Below, piece after piece: positions 61,480 through 64,000 of a stretch of DNA of 64,000 nucleotides. The notes below the pieces were generated by a model. That model was not told the DNA's origin and did no database searches. It saw only the letters and a program-made list of their open reading frames with translations. A program made the position numbers and the translations under genes. The stretch is from Octopus sinensis. Lineage: Eukaryota. The stretch spans positions 133,300,001 through 133,364,000 of the forward strand of contig NC_042997.1 of the NCBI RefSeq assembly GCF_006345805.1. Reading direction: 5' to 3'. Numbering within the stretch: the first letter of the stretch is position 1; each line of letters begins with the position of its first letter.

Positions 61480-62250
61480 TATAACTGCGAAACTTTTTAA
61501 CCACTCCAACAAACATTCCACAAAATTATGTGAAAGAACATCTTGAGGTTGACTCGGCTATTTGTATCTACTCCTCTGAATACGTCAGTGAAAAGAAATC
61601 AATATGCTATTTAAATTCTGTAGCAAACTCTGTAAATGAAGAGGTAAAGATGTTTCCATAAGTCTTGAATAATGCCAATACATTCCACATGTGCCACTAA
61701 GTTAATGTTCTTGGTAAAGGTATGGATGAACACTACACTATCGCATTTGTTTCTCTGCTGAAAATATAAGTTTGTGTTATCTGGCGGACTAATATTAAAA
61801 TAAATATTTTAATTCCTTATACAATATATGTTGTTTAGTGGAGACAGCTGACATCTATCATTCGTAAAGTATTCTTCATATTCCGGCTGTAGAAAAAAAA
61901 GGGGGAGAAAAAAGAAAGGAAAATCTCCGTTTTTACCATACAAACTACAGTTCAAAGAAAGCCTGAAGGGAATTAAGAAATGTTTATTTTCCAAGAATAT
62001 GACATAAGTGAAATCAAAGACTCAGTGTGTGGCAACGCAACAGCAGGGGGAATAATAATGATTTCTAACATTGGCAAAAGGCCATTAATTTGGGGTAAGG
62101 GAAAACAGTTGATTGAATCACCCCAGTACATGGCTTTAAATATCTGGAATATAATTTCCTTCGGCGCACCCATCCGTTCTGCCTTCAGCCACACAGAAAA
62201 GAAATCGTTTGTAAGAGAGACATTTGGAACAACATTTCTTTCTTAAAAGG
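61480..62250 (-). pseudogene. Highly decayed LINE RT fragment (RTE-like?)
   Basis: WLKAERMGAPKEIIFQIFKAMYWGD resembles the RT segment after the KAYD motif; the rest is weak. Confidence 0.3.
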
Positions 62251-62842
62251 TATGTGAAGTATAGTCGATTAAATCGAAACCTGTACTCCTGTACTTGAAT
62301 AGTATTTATATTATCATCTCCCGGAAAGATAAAAGATCATTTTTCGCACCCCGTCTGGGATTTGTACTGAAAACTTCAAGATATATTTTTTCCGATGTCT
62401 TACCCACTCTGCGATTTGTATAAACAGATACCTTTGAGTACATCTCATGTGATATAGACAGTATTGAGGACATAGCCAATCTCAAGGGCAGTATTAATAT
62501 GAGAGATAAAGAATGCTGTTTAGTTCACAACTAACAAGACTCAATGAAAATCTAATAAAAACTCAAATAGAGAGAAACAATAATTCACCTCCATCACAAC
62601 ACTTGAGCTCAGGCATGATTGTACAATTAAAGGGTTTCGTTTTGGAGTTTGATCCCTCTGCGGGTTACATTATAGAGGTGTTTTCTGTCAGGTTCATCAA
62701 AACCTTGTGCATAAAATTTTGGAAGATATAAACTGTGCGGAAGTTCATTGCAGTGGGATACCTCCGTTCTTGGATAGTAGTCTTTATAATTGCCCTGTTT
62801 TACACTTATACCTGTTTTTTTAATATGTATGTATGTATATAT

Positions 62843-62918
<76 letters not shown>

Positions 62919-63350
62919 ATATACTTTTGATAGAGTTGACTCTGTTGGAAACATTTGGGCTAGATCTACATGCTGAGAATGAGTGCCTTCTTTTGTCCCA
63001 TCACTCTGTGATGAGACGAAACTGTGAAAGGGGGTCATTAGTGTTGTTCTTCTTTCTGATGAAGTCACTAAATTATCTAGATTACAATGATGACTGGGCC
63101 AATAACGAGTGCAAGCTCACAGAACAGTTGTAAACAGAATTGAAATCGCAACAAAGTAAAATCAAACCCGTTAAAAAGAAAACTTTGTAAAAATTAAGAA
63201 TATAACAAAACCAAAATGGCGTTCGGTGCTTCAGGCTCGCAAGTCTTCAAAAACGCATTTTTACGTGGTTAGAGATATATTGCTCAAAGCTAAACGTGTA
63301 CTGTTACGAATTGCGAAAAGAACAACGCGCCAATGAAGAAGAGTCTAGTC

Positions 63351-63516
63351 CAGTGGCCCCCAACCTCTGGTCCGCGAGTCCATGATAATCTGCAAAGATA
63401 GAACTTGGGGTCTGTGAACATGTTGAGTTGACAAACTTACCAATATCCTGGTGTCCGTGGGGAAACTCATTTAAATAAAAGGGGTCGTTGGTAGTGAAAA
63501 GGTTGGGAATCAGTTG
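63351..63516. mobile_element. Old hAT (Charlie-type) MITE
   Basis: CAGTGGCCCCCAACCT..AAGGTTGGGAATCAGTTG ends; TSD not preserved. Confidence 0.6.
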
Positions 63517-63699
63517 TTTTGTTGATAGCCTGACCTGCTAGAAATAACATGTAAATGTTGCTAAAATCACGTCCTACTGTTATACAAATCTTTCGGGTGG
63601 TCGTAGTTGGAACGCTTTCGATCATAGGGCTGCTCCGCCAGAATTAGCAATAACAACAAACTGAAAGAATGTTCAAAATACGGAAATGTAAGTCATAGA

Positions 63700-64000
63700 G
63701 AACTGAACAAGTCAATTATTAGCTTGTCATATTTTACTGATGCTGTGGATACGTTTGAGATGGTGGGTAGCTTATGAAATCTAATTCTTCACGGTAATGG
63801 AACAAAGATCACAAAGAAAAATGATATGTTGTATATTGACAAGTTTGATTTGACATGTGATCAATAGACCCCAAGAGATATTGAGATTAAAAGAAATATT
63901 CTCCTAGGAGATTTATTATCTCTTCCGTTTGTTAAAGCTTTGATCCTGTTGTCTTATATATTACGAAAGTGTAAACCAAGATACCTTATAAGCAAAAGTA
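63700..64000 (+). mobile_element. R4/Dong-like RT fragment running off the window
   Basis: EIKRNILLGDLLSLPFVKALILLSYILRK corresponds to the IFQGDSLSPLLF motif. Confidence 0.65.

Overview
AT-rich, microsatellite-saturated animal genomic DNA with no recognisable intact protein-coding gene. The two dominant tRNA-derived SINE families resemble those I recall from octopus genomes, so the organism call (coleoid cephalopod, probably Octopus) is an inference. Most of the window is transposon debris: two abundant SINE families (A, B), a third SINE (C), decayed R4/Dong-like restriction-endonuclease LINEs (one near full length, 32.8-36.8 kb), a CR1 3' end, RTE-like fragments, hAT, mariner and MULE transposase pseudogenes, several MITEs (two carrying TTAGGG arrays) and a Helitron. 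A YY1/ETS promoter-like cluster lies at about 41.65-41.75 kb. The most interesting signal is a set of type I hammerhead ribozyme motifs of the Penelope/retrozyme kind. The best is a structurally complete hammerhead present twice, pointing away from the centre, in a ~98% identical 775-bp palindrome (48221-48995). At least six other hammerhead-like motifs occur in other short elements, three with a CCGAYGA core variant. Several long inverted duplications have self-complementary (TA)n at their inner junctions. All alignments, folds and coordinates were derived by eye and may be off by a few bases; family names rest on recalled motifs, not database searches.
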